Source of the DNA: a virus
Lineage: Duplodnaviria; Caudoviricetes
Strand: one strand, 5' to 3'
Virus record (IMG/VR): IMGVR_UViG_3300017708_002093
Coordinates: 1-58,251 of that record
DNA: 58,251 nucleotides
The notes under the pieces are model-generated. The model made no database searches and was not told where the DNA came from. It saw only the letters and a program-made list of their open reading frames with translations. Each line of letters begins with the position of its first letter. Within the stretch, counting starts at the first letter, position 1. The position numbers and the translations under genes were made by a program. This document shows positions 41,901-50,130 of the stretch, piece by piece.

Positions 41901-44900
41901 AATAAAGACTTTAATTCACCTCTAAAAATTGGTTGCACTTCACACTTAAAATTTGCTGATGATAAATTCAATGTTGGAATTTCCAAATCTCCAATAACTT
42001 CAACTGTTATTGGAGGATAATTGAAAATGTGCTCTTCCCCACCGACAGAGGTTAAGTCTACATACTGATCAGATTCTAGAAGAAAATCTTCATTTCCAGA
42101 AGAAAAAATTTCATAAACTCTGAATGTATTATTATCAATTGGATTTACAAAGTAAGTTTTTCCTGAAGTTAATCCACCAATAGGATTACTTGATGTATAA
42201 ACCACTTTCTCCCTAAATTTAAATCCATGATTTTTTATGGTGACAGTATCAGTTGCTATGTTGATTTCAGATTTAGATGAAAATGCAATTACTTTTTTAT
42301 TTCTATATCCAGAACCACCAGATGTAATGTTAATGAATGATACTTTTCTTTTTTTTAGTTTTGATCTAAAAGTTTGATTTCCTAAATCACCAGAAGCTGC
42401 AATAGAAATAAAATTACCATTTGAAAAATTTTCTTCTGTTGAATACAATTTTATTGTATTAATTCCTACAACTCCAACATAATAAGTTGAATTTGTAGAT
42501 AAACCAGAGATAACAGAGTTATTTCCTGGATCGTAAATTACTTCTTCAAGATCAGAAAAATTATGTGCATCTTCAAATGTAATCTGATTTCCGTTGAGTG
42601 ATTGAGTATTTACAGTTAAAGATTTTAAATAATCATATTGTATTAAATTTGCTTCTGCACTAGCTCCAGATCCATTACCACCACTAATAATAACTTGTGG
42701 TATTTTAAAATAATTAAATCCAGAATTAGTGATATCAATTCTTTCTAATGATCCTGATACTGAAGCAGTTGCTACTGCCCCAGACCCTGACGATGAATCT
42801 ATACTAACTTCTGGAGGATTAATTACATCATACCCAAATCCTCCAGAAGTTACATCTATAGATTTTATTTCCCCGAAATAAATATAATCTTCCGATTTAT
42901 AATTTTGTATCTCTACACCATTAATAAAAATACCAGTAGGACCTGACTTAGTTTGAATAACTTTTTTGGTATTTAATGGGTCGCATATTTTTCTTATTAA
43001 TTTTTGTGGATGTAATATTTTTGATTCAAATAAATTAGTTTCTGTATTTAATTCATTGAAGTTAAAGAACTCAACTTTTACTTCATTAGATGAATAATCT
43101 GAAAAATTCAAATAAGTATTAGAAATAATTGATTCTTTATTCCTTGCAATTTTTATTGTTTTCGCATTAATTTTTTTTACATATCCAATTTCTTGAAAAT
43201 TGGGAGATTTTAGGATTACAAGATCCCCAGTCAAGAATGAATGCGAAGCAGATACAATCAGATTTATTTCTTCTTTAACAAAGTTTTCAACAGAAACACT
43301 CAAATCAGTAATTCTAATTTTAGTATTATTATAATTTGGTAGTGATGGTGATGTCACATAAACACTGTTTTCATCTCTATCATAGTAAGTATTCGAAACA
43401 TTAGAATTATAGATAGATAATTCTGGATAATTTAAAATTTCCGGTTTGGAAATTAATTTACGAATAGAACCTGAGTAATTTTTTTCTATTTCACCCTGCC
43501 CTCTAATAACTAAAGTGTTTTCATTATTGATCGATTGAACGACGCCAGTGGCATTTTTTGTATTTGTAAGTTCAAACTTATCTCCGATGTTAAAATCATT
43601 AGTTTCATAAGTTTTAATGCGATAAGTATTATCTGAACTATCTTCTAAATCAATAATACTTTCAATCTCATAACTAGATGAGACATTATAAATCCAACTA
43701 TCAAGTCTAGGGGAATTTAAATCACTTACTCCCAAACTTGATGATTTAATTACATCTCCAGGTCTTAAATATCTGCCATTGTCATTGTATTCAAGTTCTG
43801 AGATTACACCAGTAATTCTAACTCTTATTTCATCATCACCATCAATAGCAAATGAATATGATGTATCCTTTACTTCCTCTCTTTGATTTATTGTTTGATT
43901 GATTCCTTCACAATCAAAAAATTGATTTATACTTTTTGATTGGTAAGTAATATTTACAGTAGAACCGTTTGGTTGATCTATTATGAGTTGTCCACTATTT
44001 GGAAATCCCAAAGTCGAATCAACATCTAAATGAGTATCACCAGAAAATGCTCTACTAACTAGTCTTGTTTTTGGATGAATAGAAAAATTACCAGTAGTTG
44101 TTCCTCTAGTTTCAATGTCTTTATCGTAGTCAAAATCTATACTAACCAGATAATAAACTTTCGTTAGTGCTTCTGAAGATAATTCTGATGTATCGTCCAG
44201 AAATACACTATCCCTGAAAAGATTAGAAATTTCTATTTCTTCTACTGATGAGACTGTACCACTAGATCCATCTAAATTAAAAAGAGTTCTATTTTCCAAA
44301 TCTAAAGGATTACCTTGAATTTTTTCAACAACAAGATCTTTAGTTATTCTATAAGAAGATGCAGAAGGTTCTAGAAGATGATCTTTTGGTAAAATTATCT
44401 CGACAGGTTTCCCATAAAGAGCGCCAAATAAGATTCTAAATGATTCTATAGTTCCTTTAGATGAATAGAAATTATTAGATTGCTTTACAAACAGACTTTC
44501 ATTTAAATCATCAAAAAACGACCTATCCTCAAATCCAGGAGTAATTTGATTTTTTACTTTTCTAAAAAACTCTGTTAGTAAAATAGTATTTAAGTTATTT
44601 ACAACAGAATCCGAAGAATGTTCTACAGATTCAGTCTGTGAGAATGTCAATTCATCAATTGATGTCTTAGTATTATATGAAGTTACTCCAGAAAATCCTC
44701 TATAACAATTTTCGAAGGTTGTTGCAGTTTTGCTTTCATAAGAAATAATCTCATCATTAATTTGTATCAATCCATAACTATCTACAAATCCTGCAGTTGA
44801 CTCTACATTAATAACAGTATCAAACAGATCAACGTTAGCAGTTAATGTAGTAGAGTTGATCAGATTTGAAATATTATCAACCTTAACGTATTGGTCGATA

Positions 44901-45049
44901 TTATTCATCAAATCATAAGGATTTCCCATAGACTCTAAGGACTTATAATACTGTCCTAAGAATTCTGATAGTAATGGAAATTCTGATCTAATAAACTCTG
45001 GCAGCTGATTATTCAGAATAGAAGAAATCTTAACTCTTTTCTCTAACAT
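32972..45049 (-). CDS. gp7: Giant baseplate wedge initiator (gp7-like, 4025 aa) containing a YHYH-like domain
   Basis: N-terminal QLPEFI....P...EFL.QYY, FY.SKGT..SF..LF..LY; I.DNDYYQYFSY..KS...W...V..LNH.SGFK; lies between gp6 and gp8. Confidence 0.85.
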   Translation of the reverse strand: MLEKRVKISSILNNQLPEFIRSEFPLLSEFLGQYYKSLESMGNPYDLMNNIDQYVKVDNISNLINSTTLTANVDLFDTVINVESTAGFVDSYGLIQINDEIISYESKTATTFENCYRGFSGVTSYNTKTSIDELTFSQTESVEHSSDSVVNNLNTILLTEFFRKVKNQITPGFEDRSFFDDLNESLFVKQSNNFYSSKGTIESFRILFGALYGKPVEIILPKDHLLEPSASSYRITKDLVVEKIQGNPLDLENRTLFNLDGSSGTVSSVEEIEISNLFRDSVFLDDTSELSSEALTKVYYLVSIDFDYDKDIETRGTTTGNFSIHPKTRLVSRAFSGDTHLDVDSTLGFPNSGQLIIDQPNGSTVNITYQSKSINQFFDCEGINQTINQREEVKDTSYSFAIDGDDEIRVRITGVISELEYNDNGRYLRPGDVIKSSSLGVSDLNSPRLDSWIYNVSSSYEIESIIDLEDSSDNTYRIKTYETNDFNIGDKFELTNTKNATGVVQSINNENTLVIRGQGEIEKNYSGSIRKLISKPEILNYPELSIYNSNVSNTYYDRDENSVYVTSPSLPNYNNTKIRITDLSVSVENFVKEEINLIVSASHSFLTGDLVILKSPNFQEIGYVKKINAKTIKIARNKESIISNTYLNFSDYSSNEVKVEFFNFNELNTETNLFESKILHPQKLIRKICDPLNTKKVIQTKSGPTGIFINGVEIQNYKSEDYIYFGEIKSIDVTSGGFGYDVINPPEVSIDSSSGSGAVATASVSGSLERIDITNSGFNYFKIPQVIISGGNGSGASAEANLIQYDYLKSLTVNTQSLNGNQITFEDAHNFSDLEEVIYDPGNNSVISGLSTNSTYYVGVVGINTIKLYSTEENFSNGNFISIAASGDLGNQTFRSKLKKRKVSFINITSGGSGYRNKKVIAFSSKSEINIATDTVTIKNHGFKFREKVVYTSSNPIGGLTSGKTYFVNPIDNNTFRVYEIFSSGNEDFLLESDQYVDLTSVGGEEHIFNYPPITVEVIGDLEIPTLNLSSANFKCEVQPIFRGELKSLFLDNPGNRYGNQGIINYKEQPNIILKSGKGAVIDLSIEDGKITSAFILDPGVEYNSPPTLVVNGEGKGAVLVPVIQSGNIIDVIVSSSGVGYNKNTTSIDVLSAGEEAKLSANIQSWNILTTKRYPSLLSIFNTVKNSDDGYLIAGNRDGLQYTHFYASRPLRSQLLSTYFSNGVKSFTPDILSDALDERNLLSHSGIIGWAYDGNPIYGPYAYKNTDGTGGIKLMSSGYKLNNNDDDNRPSANNFGLPSNVGFFLEDYKFDNSGDLDIHNGRFCVTPEFPNGVYAYFSTFESRLDDDGNRLPAFPYLIGNTYKSSPIEFNFDLTSNQDQLDINSQNWLRNTKPYNEDKDRSTYDYFLNSSDLIIDAKVNSTSLGKIDDLILKIPGDGYKVGDNIILTDRKSKIGEVSKILGKSVDSIGISSIISILNVELHKENSTFYVGYSSLPHNIVDGTNINVFSPLESPQFLNVTVDEKTFRLTTGISSIGDTGITTYFSVSGNLSGIRENDVYTIENEEIKILSVDSNSSRIRILRAQNGTSGVSTYSSGSILTERPRHIKLNYRSSNKYNTQTNKEIYFNPSESVGIGTSFGVGITSSLYFSNPGSGSTSISIPTRAIYLPNHELITGDLLLYSSNSGGSIEVSETSSGVSTTLSSFNSLYATKFTNDTIGLSTLPVGLNSLGNYAGIGSTAANLLFFTGIGTNTFHSLKTAKDNVLTTDLLKNVVNVSLAESHGLSLLSTVDIEVLPTNTKTVVVKYNDTNRRFVVDPLSVSSINLVDNTIIINNHQLTFREKILFEKTSGFDGLVNENLYYVTPVNSNSFKLSTNLYNLNNKIYVDLTSDGTEGIVSKVNPGIELIEYQKLKFDLSDSSLSYSRGGSSLESAFELELFFDRNLLDKIYPSNNKGYLITTNGKIGIDSDANLTIEISSDTNKQIFYKLSPLLTGENISKKELIVDVDQINNNSINLIPSKFNGIQKVTDIVGINTFSYELENYPEKQSYDSSEATFKYSTNDTNLIGPISEIVLKNKTFEFYSIPEIFIESDLGKDGHVYASSNTIGKIKDYSFNSIGFNYSIDSTINPSAKIPTILNVDVLSTFDEIEVVTAGFSYLTDTDLVVIDGLTKKPVNDVKLEYLPSEKKVKILKNTSGINQVQPKLIPISNSNGFKIINITYDSDLKNVTVTLETQFSAIADFPFQIGTKVFIEGVKINDPEIRVNTKSYNSSEFDYALFEISSIDPNIGGIGGNFTYSVSDLIGSDEILGVFNSNLSSAQVVPESYFPTFNSKLKQTNFAISERIISKKSKGIVQNWSPQQGILIVSSSDTFEIGNTLLGETSGSKSIIQDLVESNGYYKISDSSDKRKGWKFEKGFLNDTFQRISDNDYYQYFSYDVKSEVPFETWNDSVSSLNHTSGFKKFSTLEILPPQKISSGISTNQNSGFIGAIRNLDSVIDLDCVFNFDLATENLNTISDLTTSNKIFFNSSIIQDYRESSGNRVLKIDDISEFFNSESRFEKFTVVNKKQYSNYRYVKYFINTTDKLFSSESMFNIVSLIHDDSFTYINQYAKLFSQDDLGYFDARINSGNIELLLYPSKFSINDYNLSITSFSLDETISGIGSLSLGNVASLNTHTTTLPQGTSGICTIVSVGSTYRALKLHTLISNADNNEFESVEINVIHDDTNVYITDYGNLESNFSSSFGTGIGTFDASISGSNLIVSFTPNVSTASTYTINSLTIGIGNSTATGIASDSMHQNYIESEFTSIPSSSSPSTVSISSFFGSDYNSSYYAVSIEDVTNSQYQFSEVVSLFNPTLDISNQVEYGIVNTGSNLGILSTGTVGSGASEKVILFFTPDANIDYEIRLFKFVFGPSLNKDLIDIEGHQSRIEQDHGKYTGTLNSVKKTFNLTHQDNLIFKKVFDGSSTDYVNLDEDTFLIPNHYFTTGEKLTYNQGGTFGSPIGIETTSIPGIGSTDILPELVYAVKINDLQIRVSGSATDALALPPVYLNIASTGIGEDHQFNSQKQNTKSLIAIDNVIQSPVVATAKSTSLTADLTAINNIVSVDDALELSSGDYLKINNEIVRINVVNYENINNDVLVTRSELGTELETHLSGSIVRKVTANYNIIDNEIYFAEAPKGKVPIENPSDPEEVDFNSIKTSSTFSGRIFLRSGIQGTDITPYSDNYIFDSISNQFNGIDNTFTIQSDGQDIVGISTNNGVTLIRSILQQPKRDSVVPIQGSYDLVESAGITSITFTGDPVQAVYDINTSSIPRGGVIVSVGSSAGFGYQPLVSAGGTAIISGLGTVSSVSIGNSGSGYRVGVQTVNVGVTTNISEVSTIQFIGTAVVNNGNVISVDITETVGGFISSMPPTIVFDAPLTYSNIPMVYSSSTPQIGIGTQAAANIQVSLDSSILSFEIVNYGYSYKKNDILTIPINGLEGIPTDPSLSLQEFQLVIDEIYQDEVASWHFGKIISIDKIDDLIDGKRRFFPLRIDGKQTSFESRQGSNLDLANNFIIILNGVIQVPGESYIFNGGSVIEFIEAPQSFDDKSSKLFNDTTSQVLFYEGTDKIDVKDVDVLETVKVGDTLRLDSDDQNLKEKSRIVNEIISSDSVRTNLYSGVGISNDRSLLRNAIWCKQRNDLFLSSASFVGSASSSRGFLVSKARSSLSPSINPTAYLIKNLSTSDSELFVDNLKTFFDSFDELGTINEIFRTIKIFNQDNLVSCAATATVSSAGTITSIEINENGVGYSTTPSVIISSPVGLGTTATGTATLSGSSVSVINLTNSGSGYTSSTPPSVLVEFPERDFETITKAEYEGDFGIITGIGTTSIAGVASTGIVFDLFITENSFIRDSEITGSASTSISGIQTGYYFTIRNSNVGYGLTSLDENNNVIGIGSTFIDNVYRVSQVSIAQTTVSGVGTTSIAQVIVSVSDYNGLVSLGQTYYYGDYSWGRISNLTRSNPKQFNVNQNGISGIESSAIIQRVQPLKNDLYSS

Positions 45050-45055
45050 TTTATC

Positions 45056-46993
45056 TTATTTTCTAATTAAGGAACCGTTTGAATAACTTGAAGTTACTTG
45101 ATAATTTGTACCAGAGATATCATTACCAGAAGAAATGTTATCTTCTAAAATATTTAAGTCACTGTTACTAATATCTAGTTGTAAATATAAGTCCTGTAAT
45201 CCAATTACATCATTAGACTTTGGATTCATTGAAATTTGAATAGTATTAAATCCATTTTTAATTTTTTGTGTTCCTGTTATATTTAAGGTACTTAATTTTA
45301 TCTCTCCTTTCACATAATCAATTGATCCAGCATTATTTTTTAATATTTTAGGAGATCCATTTTCAATTTTGAAAATTGAAATTTTTCCTTTTTTGCTATC
45401 AATTGGAAAGTCTGTCAAATAAACGTTTCCAGTTACTCCTGCAATTTGAAAAGCACTTGACTTAATGTTATAACCAGTGCTGCAATTTGGTAAGTGAAAA
45501 GCATTTCCATAACAAATTTCATACGCAGCGAATTTGTTTATTTCTGGCATCAAATCTCTTCTAATTCTAATCTTTGTAATGTTTGATGTAATTGATGCAT
45601 TACTACTATCAATCAGATTCAAAAACTTACTGTATTTAAATCTAGATCCATAAGAATTTAATTCTGATGATTTTGAATACTTTGTAATATTATCCGATAC
45701 TATACTGAGAACTTCTGATCTTGAATTTGCTTTATTAGTATCAAAGTAAATTACGGTATCATATTCAACGTAAAGATACTTTAGATCAATTATTTCAGGA
45801 ACAATTCCAGCAACATTATATTTTTTAAGTCTTGCCTTAATGTTATCTTTTACTTGGTTAGAAACAAATTGCCCATTGATTGGTTTGATTGAGATAAAAA
45901 CTCTACCATAATTTGGAGGATTTAATTCTTCTCCACCATAAGCAGAAACTGATTCTGCTTCTGGATAAATCATGGGAATTAAAGATTCATAATCTGAAGA
46001 AGTAACTGCTCTATTTTGAGCAGCGTAAATTCTTGGAGCATACTTTCTCACAAACTCCACAGACTCTATTGGTTTTCCACCACGAGAAGCAGAATCTGTA
46101 CTTACAAGTGAAAAATCTCGTGTTATTAACCTATCCTTATCATCAAGAATTCTACCAGCAAAACTAAAGTTTGATGCGCCATTTGATTCTTCACCTGAAC
46201 TAATGTTATAAGAAACTTCAATAACATTACCATTATTTAATTTTTTACCAAAAATACCATCACCAAAAATAAGTTCGTATCTTTGATCTTCAATTTCCTG
46301 AATGTAAAAAACTTTTGATGTTGAATCGACATCAAAAATAGTGTTTGCTAAATTAAATTTCCTAACTACACTAGATCCTTCACTATCTCTGACATAGACA
46401 TTTAATGTAGAGGTGTCAATTTTTGGATTAGATAAAATAAATTTTTGATTTGGAACTAAAGAATCAACTACAAAAGATTCCGAGGTGTAATTACCTTCAA
46501 TAATTTCTATAGAATCAAACTGTGCAATGTTATTGACAATTGGTACAGTAATAGTTTCTGGAATTGCAAATGTAAATGATTTTGATGCACTTCCAGCACC
46601 AAAAGAATTTGTAGTTGCTACAATTCCTTTCTGGAGAATTAATTTTAATGGTTTATTTTCTGCTGTCTCATTGTTTATAGAAAGTTCTGTTATGTCAACA
46701 AAGAAACTAATGTTTGCTCTTGAAGATGTTACTGATCTAGGAACATAACCAATGTTCCTTGCAAGAGAAACAACATTCTCTCTTAGAGTAGCACTATCAA
46801 TAAAAACCTCATTACTAAGCATGTTAGCATTGTATGAGGTAATGTATGTGTTATATGATAATGCATCGATAATGACTGAAAGATTTGACCCCTCAAAATC
46901 ATAGTCAGTAAAATCTGAATTCGCTCTTAGGTAATCGCGAATTGTTTCTTTTATTTGGTCGAAATCTAAATTTGAAAAATTTGCTAATGTCAT
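45056..46993 (-). CDS. gp6: Baseplate wedge subunit
   Basis: LDFDQIK..I..YL, FTDYDFEGS, NEVFIDSATLRENVVSLA..IGYVP, FGDG, QNRAVT..DY. Confidence 0.96.
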   Translation of the reverse strand: MTLANFSNLDFDQIKETIRDYLRANSDFTDYDFEGSNLSVIIDALSYNTYITSYNANMLSNEVFIDSATLRENVVSLARNIGYVPRSVTSSRANISFFVDITELSINNETAENKPLKLILQKGIVATTNSFGAGSASKSFTFAIPETITVPIVNNIAQFDSIEIIEGNYTSESFVVDSLVPNQKFILSNPKIDTSTLNVYVRDSEGSSVVRKFNLANTIFDVDSTSKVFYIQEIEDQRYELIFGDGIFGKKLNNGNVIEVSYNISSGEESNGASNFSFAGRILDDKDRLITRDFSLVSTDSASRGGKPIESVEFVRKYAPRIYAAQNRAVTSSDYESLIPMIYPEAESVSAYGGEELNPPNYGRVFISIKPINGQFVSNQVKDNIKARLKKYNVAGIVPEIIDLKYLYVEYDTVIYFDTNKANSRSEVLSIVSDNITKYSKSSELNSYGSRFKYSKFLNLIDSSNASITSNITKIRIRRDLMPEINKFAAYEICYGNAFHLPNCSTGYNIKSSAFQIAGVTGNVYLTDFPIDSKKGKISIFKIENGSPKILKNNAGSIDYVKGEIKLSTLNITGTQKIKNGFNTIQISMNPKSNDVIGLQDLYLQLDISNSDLNILEDNISSGNDISGTNYQVTSSYSNGSLIRK

Positions 46994-47395
46994 CTATCGT
47001 GTTTGCTGTAATGCAAATGATAATTGTTGCTGTGAAGCATTAATGCCTATGATTCTATAAGTTACTGATACATCAAATTCTAAAGTAGAGAAGTTTGGTA
47101 CTACTTTAACATCTAGTAAATTAACTCTTGGTTCATACAGATTGATTGATTCTCGAATCTGATCTTTAATAGTATCTGCAGAAAACTCACTCATGTTTTC
47201 AAATAAAGAGTTTGAAACAAAACTTCCAAAGTCTGGATCAAAAAACTTCTCTCCAGGTTGAGTTAATACAATATTACGAATAGAACGAGAAATTGCAGTC
47301 TCATTTTTGAGTGCAATCAAGTCATTATTCAGTGGATTCATTAGAAATGACCCACTGATATCTTTAAATCCTTTGCTTATTCGTTCTAAGGGCAT
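46994..47395 (-). CDS. gp25: Baseplate wedge / sheath initiator (gp25 family)
   Basis: FKDIS, AI..SIRN.VLT..GEK.F.P.FG, I..YEPRV. Confidence 0.94.
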   Translation of the reverse strand: MPLERISKGFKDISGSFLMNPLNNDLIALKNETAISRSIRNIVLTQPGEKFFDPDFGSFVSNSLFENMSEFSADTIKDQIRESINLYEPRVNLLDVKVVPNFSTLEFDVSVTYRIIGINASQQQLSFALQQTR

Positions 47396-47423
47396 TAAAA
47401 ACCTATAAGTCTATCTTATTTAT

Positions 47424-47654
47424 TCACTCAAAAAGAGGTTCTTTATCAAACAACTCTCCTGAGTCATCAAAACGCTCAAAAAGTTCAGTTTCTTTCTTTT
47501 TATTAGACTTTTTAGGTGTCATTTCATCTTCATTAATCTCTCTAAGCATTTTTTTATCCACTTTTATGTCTCCGTAGTCTGTAATAAGTTTATTTGTTCC
47601 CCAATTTGCCATCATGTAATCTACATTTCTATCAGGATTTGGTGAATTTGCCAT
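47424..47654 (-). CDS. Conserved cyanophage hypothetical protein
   Basis: PDR..DYM...WGT..LITDY; TAATG coupling. Confidence 0.75.
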   Translation of the reverse strand: MANSPNPDRNVDYMMANWGTNKLITDYGDIKVDKKMLREINEDEMTPKKSNKKKETELFERFDDSGELFDKEPLFE

Positions 47655-48316
47655 TACTCCTCCTCTAATTGACGTTCTTGTGATGTTTTCCAGAAGTATT
47701 CGTCCTCTCGACCCATACCGAGACGTTCAAATCCATTTTCTACTGAGTAAAGTTGAGTAGAAACCTTGAAATCTGGCATCTTAGGGTCAATTGGAGTTAA
47801 ACTATTATCAAAAATGCGGATTCTATTGTTGGGATAGAGTGCATATTGCCCATTATTGAGTTGTATTAAGTTATGAGACTTATGTTCTGCAGGATTTTCG
47901 CTTGTTGCATAGTCAATCATGTCACAATCTTGATGATAATTATCTATAGTACAAATGTAAGTGCCTTTTTGCACACCATGATCTCTTGTATACAACTCAA
48001 AGTCCATAGATCCAATGAATTGTTTAGAAATTGATACAACACCATAGTCCATACAATTCCAAAACTGAAGATTTGGAAGATTCATATCAGGATCAGGAGT
48101 TTTAGGTTCACTCACAAAGGCACTGATAGGTAACTTATCATACATCGCAGCATACTCAGGTAGATAAGTCTCAAAATAAAACGCACGTCCAGGTATACTC
48201 TTACAAGATACCCATACACCTTTCACAAATTCACCATGACCACTTTGATGATCTGTAAGGTATTCTTTACGAACCCATATTTCCTCCGATGGAAGATTAC
48301 AAATTAATGTAGACAT
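47654..48316 (-). CDS. Conserved phage hypothetical protein (220 aa)
   Basis: NLP..I.VRKEYL.DH..GHGEF, A.YDKLPISAF, LQFWNC, EHKSHN, GQYALYPNNR. Confidence 0.8.
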   Translation of the reverse strand: MSTLICNLPSEEIWVRKEYLTDHQSGHGEFVKGVWVSCKSIPGRAFYFETYLPEYAAMYDKLPISAFVSEPKTPDPDMNLPNLQFWNCMDYGVVSISKQFIGSMDFELYTRDHGVQKGTYICTIDNYHQDCDMIDYATSENPAEHKSHNLIQLNNGQYALYPNNRIRIFDNSLTPIDPKMPDFKVSTQLYSVENGFERLGMGREDEYFWKTSQERQLEEE

Positions 48317-48432
48317 ACTTAATAAATTTACACTTTATTATTTAACCACTATAACGAGCTTCCGCTTTCTATATTATCATAAACGCCTATAAGAAGCATA
48401 AACACACATCATACTCAAAGATACGCAGACAT

Positions 48433-48458
48433 AAAAAAAGACCCCTCCAAGGGGGTCT
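48433..48458 (-). terminator. Rho-independent terminator
   Basis: AGACCCCC-TTG-GAGGGGTCT followed by T7. Confidence 0.8.
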
Positions 48459-48480
48459 GAGGTGTCTTACAGGTCTTGTC

Positions 48481-48627
48481 TTAACGACCCTGACCACGAT
48501 AACGCTTCTTTGCATTGTTACTGCTAGATGCAGCATACTTCGTGTGCTTCCCTTGACCCTGACGGGTATTCTTGGGTTGTGATTCGATGAATGCTGAACC
48601 CATCAGTGACTTCTTAATTTTTGCCAT
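48481..48627 (-). CDS. Small basic 48-aa protein (MAKIKKSLMGSAFIESQPKNTRQGQGKHTKYAASSSNNAKKRYRGQGR)
   Basis: Hand-translated; GGAG SD; KTRQG.G...KKRYRGQG pattern widespread in phages. Confidence 0.75.
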   Translation of the reverse strand: MAKIKKSLMGSAFIESQPKNTRQGQGKHTKYAASSSNNAKKRYRGQGR

Positions 48628-48793
48628 GAATTAACTCCAATTCAATTTTATCTGGATTATATGCACCAGTATCATAATACTCTGATGCTAGTTCGTCAAG
48701 TGCTTCTGTAACCTCTTCATACGTTAACTCAGAACGTATGACATCACCCTCATAAAGTATGTTGAATAAATTAGATGACTCTTGTTTTTTCAT
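48614..48793 (-). CDS. Small acidic hypothetical protein
   Basis: ATG at 48791-48793; overlaps both neighbours. Confidence 0.6.
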   Translation of the reverse strand: MKKQESSNLFNILYEGDVIRSELTYEEVTEALDELASEYYDTGAYNPDKIELELIHGKN

Positions 48794-49565
48794 GCCCAAC
48801 ACGAATTCTTGGATCACACCAAATCTTAAACCCTGCCTCAATTGCATCTAAACAGAATGAGACATCCTCTCCACACATGTCTTGTACTGCACCAGATTCA
48901 AAAACTTGCATCTTTGGTGCAAACCATGGATACTTCATCTCTTCATTCTCAAAGACTCCTTTCTCAATCATCACCCACCCAAATCCAGTGTAGTCAACTG
49001 TAAATGGCTTACGACGCTTTGAGATTGTCTCACCAGTTTCATGATTCATGACTCCACCATTGTTTCGGAAGTCATCCTCATCTAACCAATGTGCAACTGA
49101 TGTAGTACGACCATCTTCTGTCATGTACCATCCAGCAGCAATAGATCTTTTCTTTGTCTCATCCTCTACTGCTTCTGCAGGAAATGCAAGATCACATAAT
49201 TGCCAGAACTTCTCACTACTAAACACAATGTCACTATCAATCCATAATTGATAATCATAATTTAACTTACCGCCCCATGGTATCTGATCAGGTCCTCTCA
49301 GTACATTCGCACCTAAACACTTACATCTTGCAAAGTTTACCATTGATGAGTAATCTTGACTAATCTGAATACTCATTCCATTCTGTACAAGATCAAAGCA
49401 TAGTTGTACAAAGTTTTTCAAATACGTATAAGAAACTCCTCTACCAGGTAGGCAAAATACAATTGCCTTTCCTTTCATTCTTTCCTTAATTGCATCATAG
49501 TCCCATTCAGACTCTGTTGATGCTTTCTCAGGCGCTTTTGCCTTTACTGTAAATCCTTTTGCCAT
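48771..49565 (-). CDS. Glycosyltransferase-like protein (GT-A fold)
   Basis: FAR, LWIDSD (DxD), TGFGW, GEDVSFC, IWCDP.IRVGH.K. Confidence 0.8.
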   Translation of the reverse strand: MAKGFTVKAKAPEKASTESEWDYDAIKERMKGKAIVFCLPGRGVSYTYLKNFVQLCFDLVQNGMSIQISQDYSSMVNFARCKCLGANVLRGPDQIPWGGKLNYDYQLWIDSDIVFSSEKFWQLCDLAFPAEAVEDETKKRSIAAGWYMTEDGRTTSVAHWLDEDDFRNNGGVMNHETGETISKRRKPFTVDYTGFGWVMIEKGVFENEEMKYPWFAPKMQVFESGAVQDMCGEDVSFCLDAIEAGFKIWCDPRIRVGHEKTRVI

Positions 49566-49613
49566 AAGAGAATAAAAACCTCAATTCAATTCTAATACCT
49601 TATTTATTTCCTG

Positions 49614-49805
49614 TCAATAACTTGCCTCTGCTAATTCTTGTCTATTATTCACAACTTCCTCAAATGTTAAATCTTCCCTTTGATACTCTGTGAATACTTC
49701 TACAAGATTATTCAGTGCTTCCCATGTTACATTAAACTCTGATTCACTCAGAGAATGGTAGATACAAGTATTCTTTGCGTATATGTGATAAACCTTTTCG
49801 CTCAT
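49614..49805 (-). CDS. Hypothetical protein (MSEKVYHIYAK...)
   Basis: ATG start within the ORF; TAAATA box at about 49838. Confidence 0.7.
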   Translation of the reverse strand: MSEKVYHIYAKNTCIYHSLSESEFNVTWEALNNLVEVFTEYQREDLTFEEVVNNRQELAEASY

Positions 49806-49840
49806 AATTTTTTTTCGGATTTTTTTCACCTCACTCTTAT

Positions 49841-49981
49841 TTACCTTATCGCATTATATACCATTACTAATAAAATCCCTACAGGTACTCCGATAATCTT
49901 GAAAAATTTTCCAGGATACCTAATCGCCCATCCTGCTAAGACTACTCTATAAAAATTCCAATACGGGTGGCGTTTTTTCAT
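49841..49981 (-). CDS. Small membrane protein (46 aa)
   Basis: PYWNF.RVVLAGW.IRYP followed by a hydrophobic C-terminus. Confidence 0.6.
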   Translation of the reverse strand: MKKRHPYWNFYRVVLAGWAIRYPGKFFKIIGVPVGILLVMVYNAIR

Positions 49982-50130
49982 CAGAGGGGTTTCAGAGGGT
50001 TTATAAATTTGGGAAATTTTTTTATGAGCGTGATACTTATGTCGCAAAAGACATACAGTGTAGGTTAGGGTAGTGGGGGGTTTTATATACGCACGGCCCG
50101 TTAATAAGAATTAACAATTAATCGTAATAC

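Noticed and set aside
48317-48432. Intergenic gap as a tRNA or ncRNA
   Set aside because: No cloverleaf or T-loop motif; it holds only a terminator flank and a late promoter box.
50061-50080. G-rich patch TAGGTTAGGGTAGTGGGGGG as a G-quadruplex or telomere-like motif
   Set aside because: At best a two-tier G4 with a single TTAGGG; insufficient alone, so noted only as a flank of the repeat tract.
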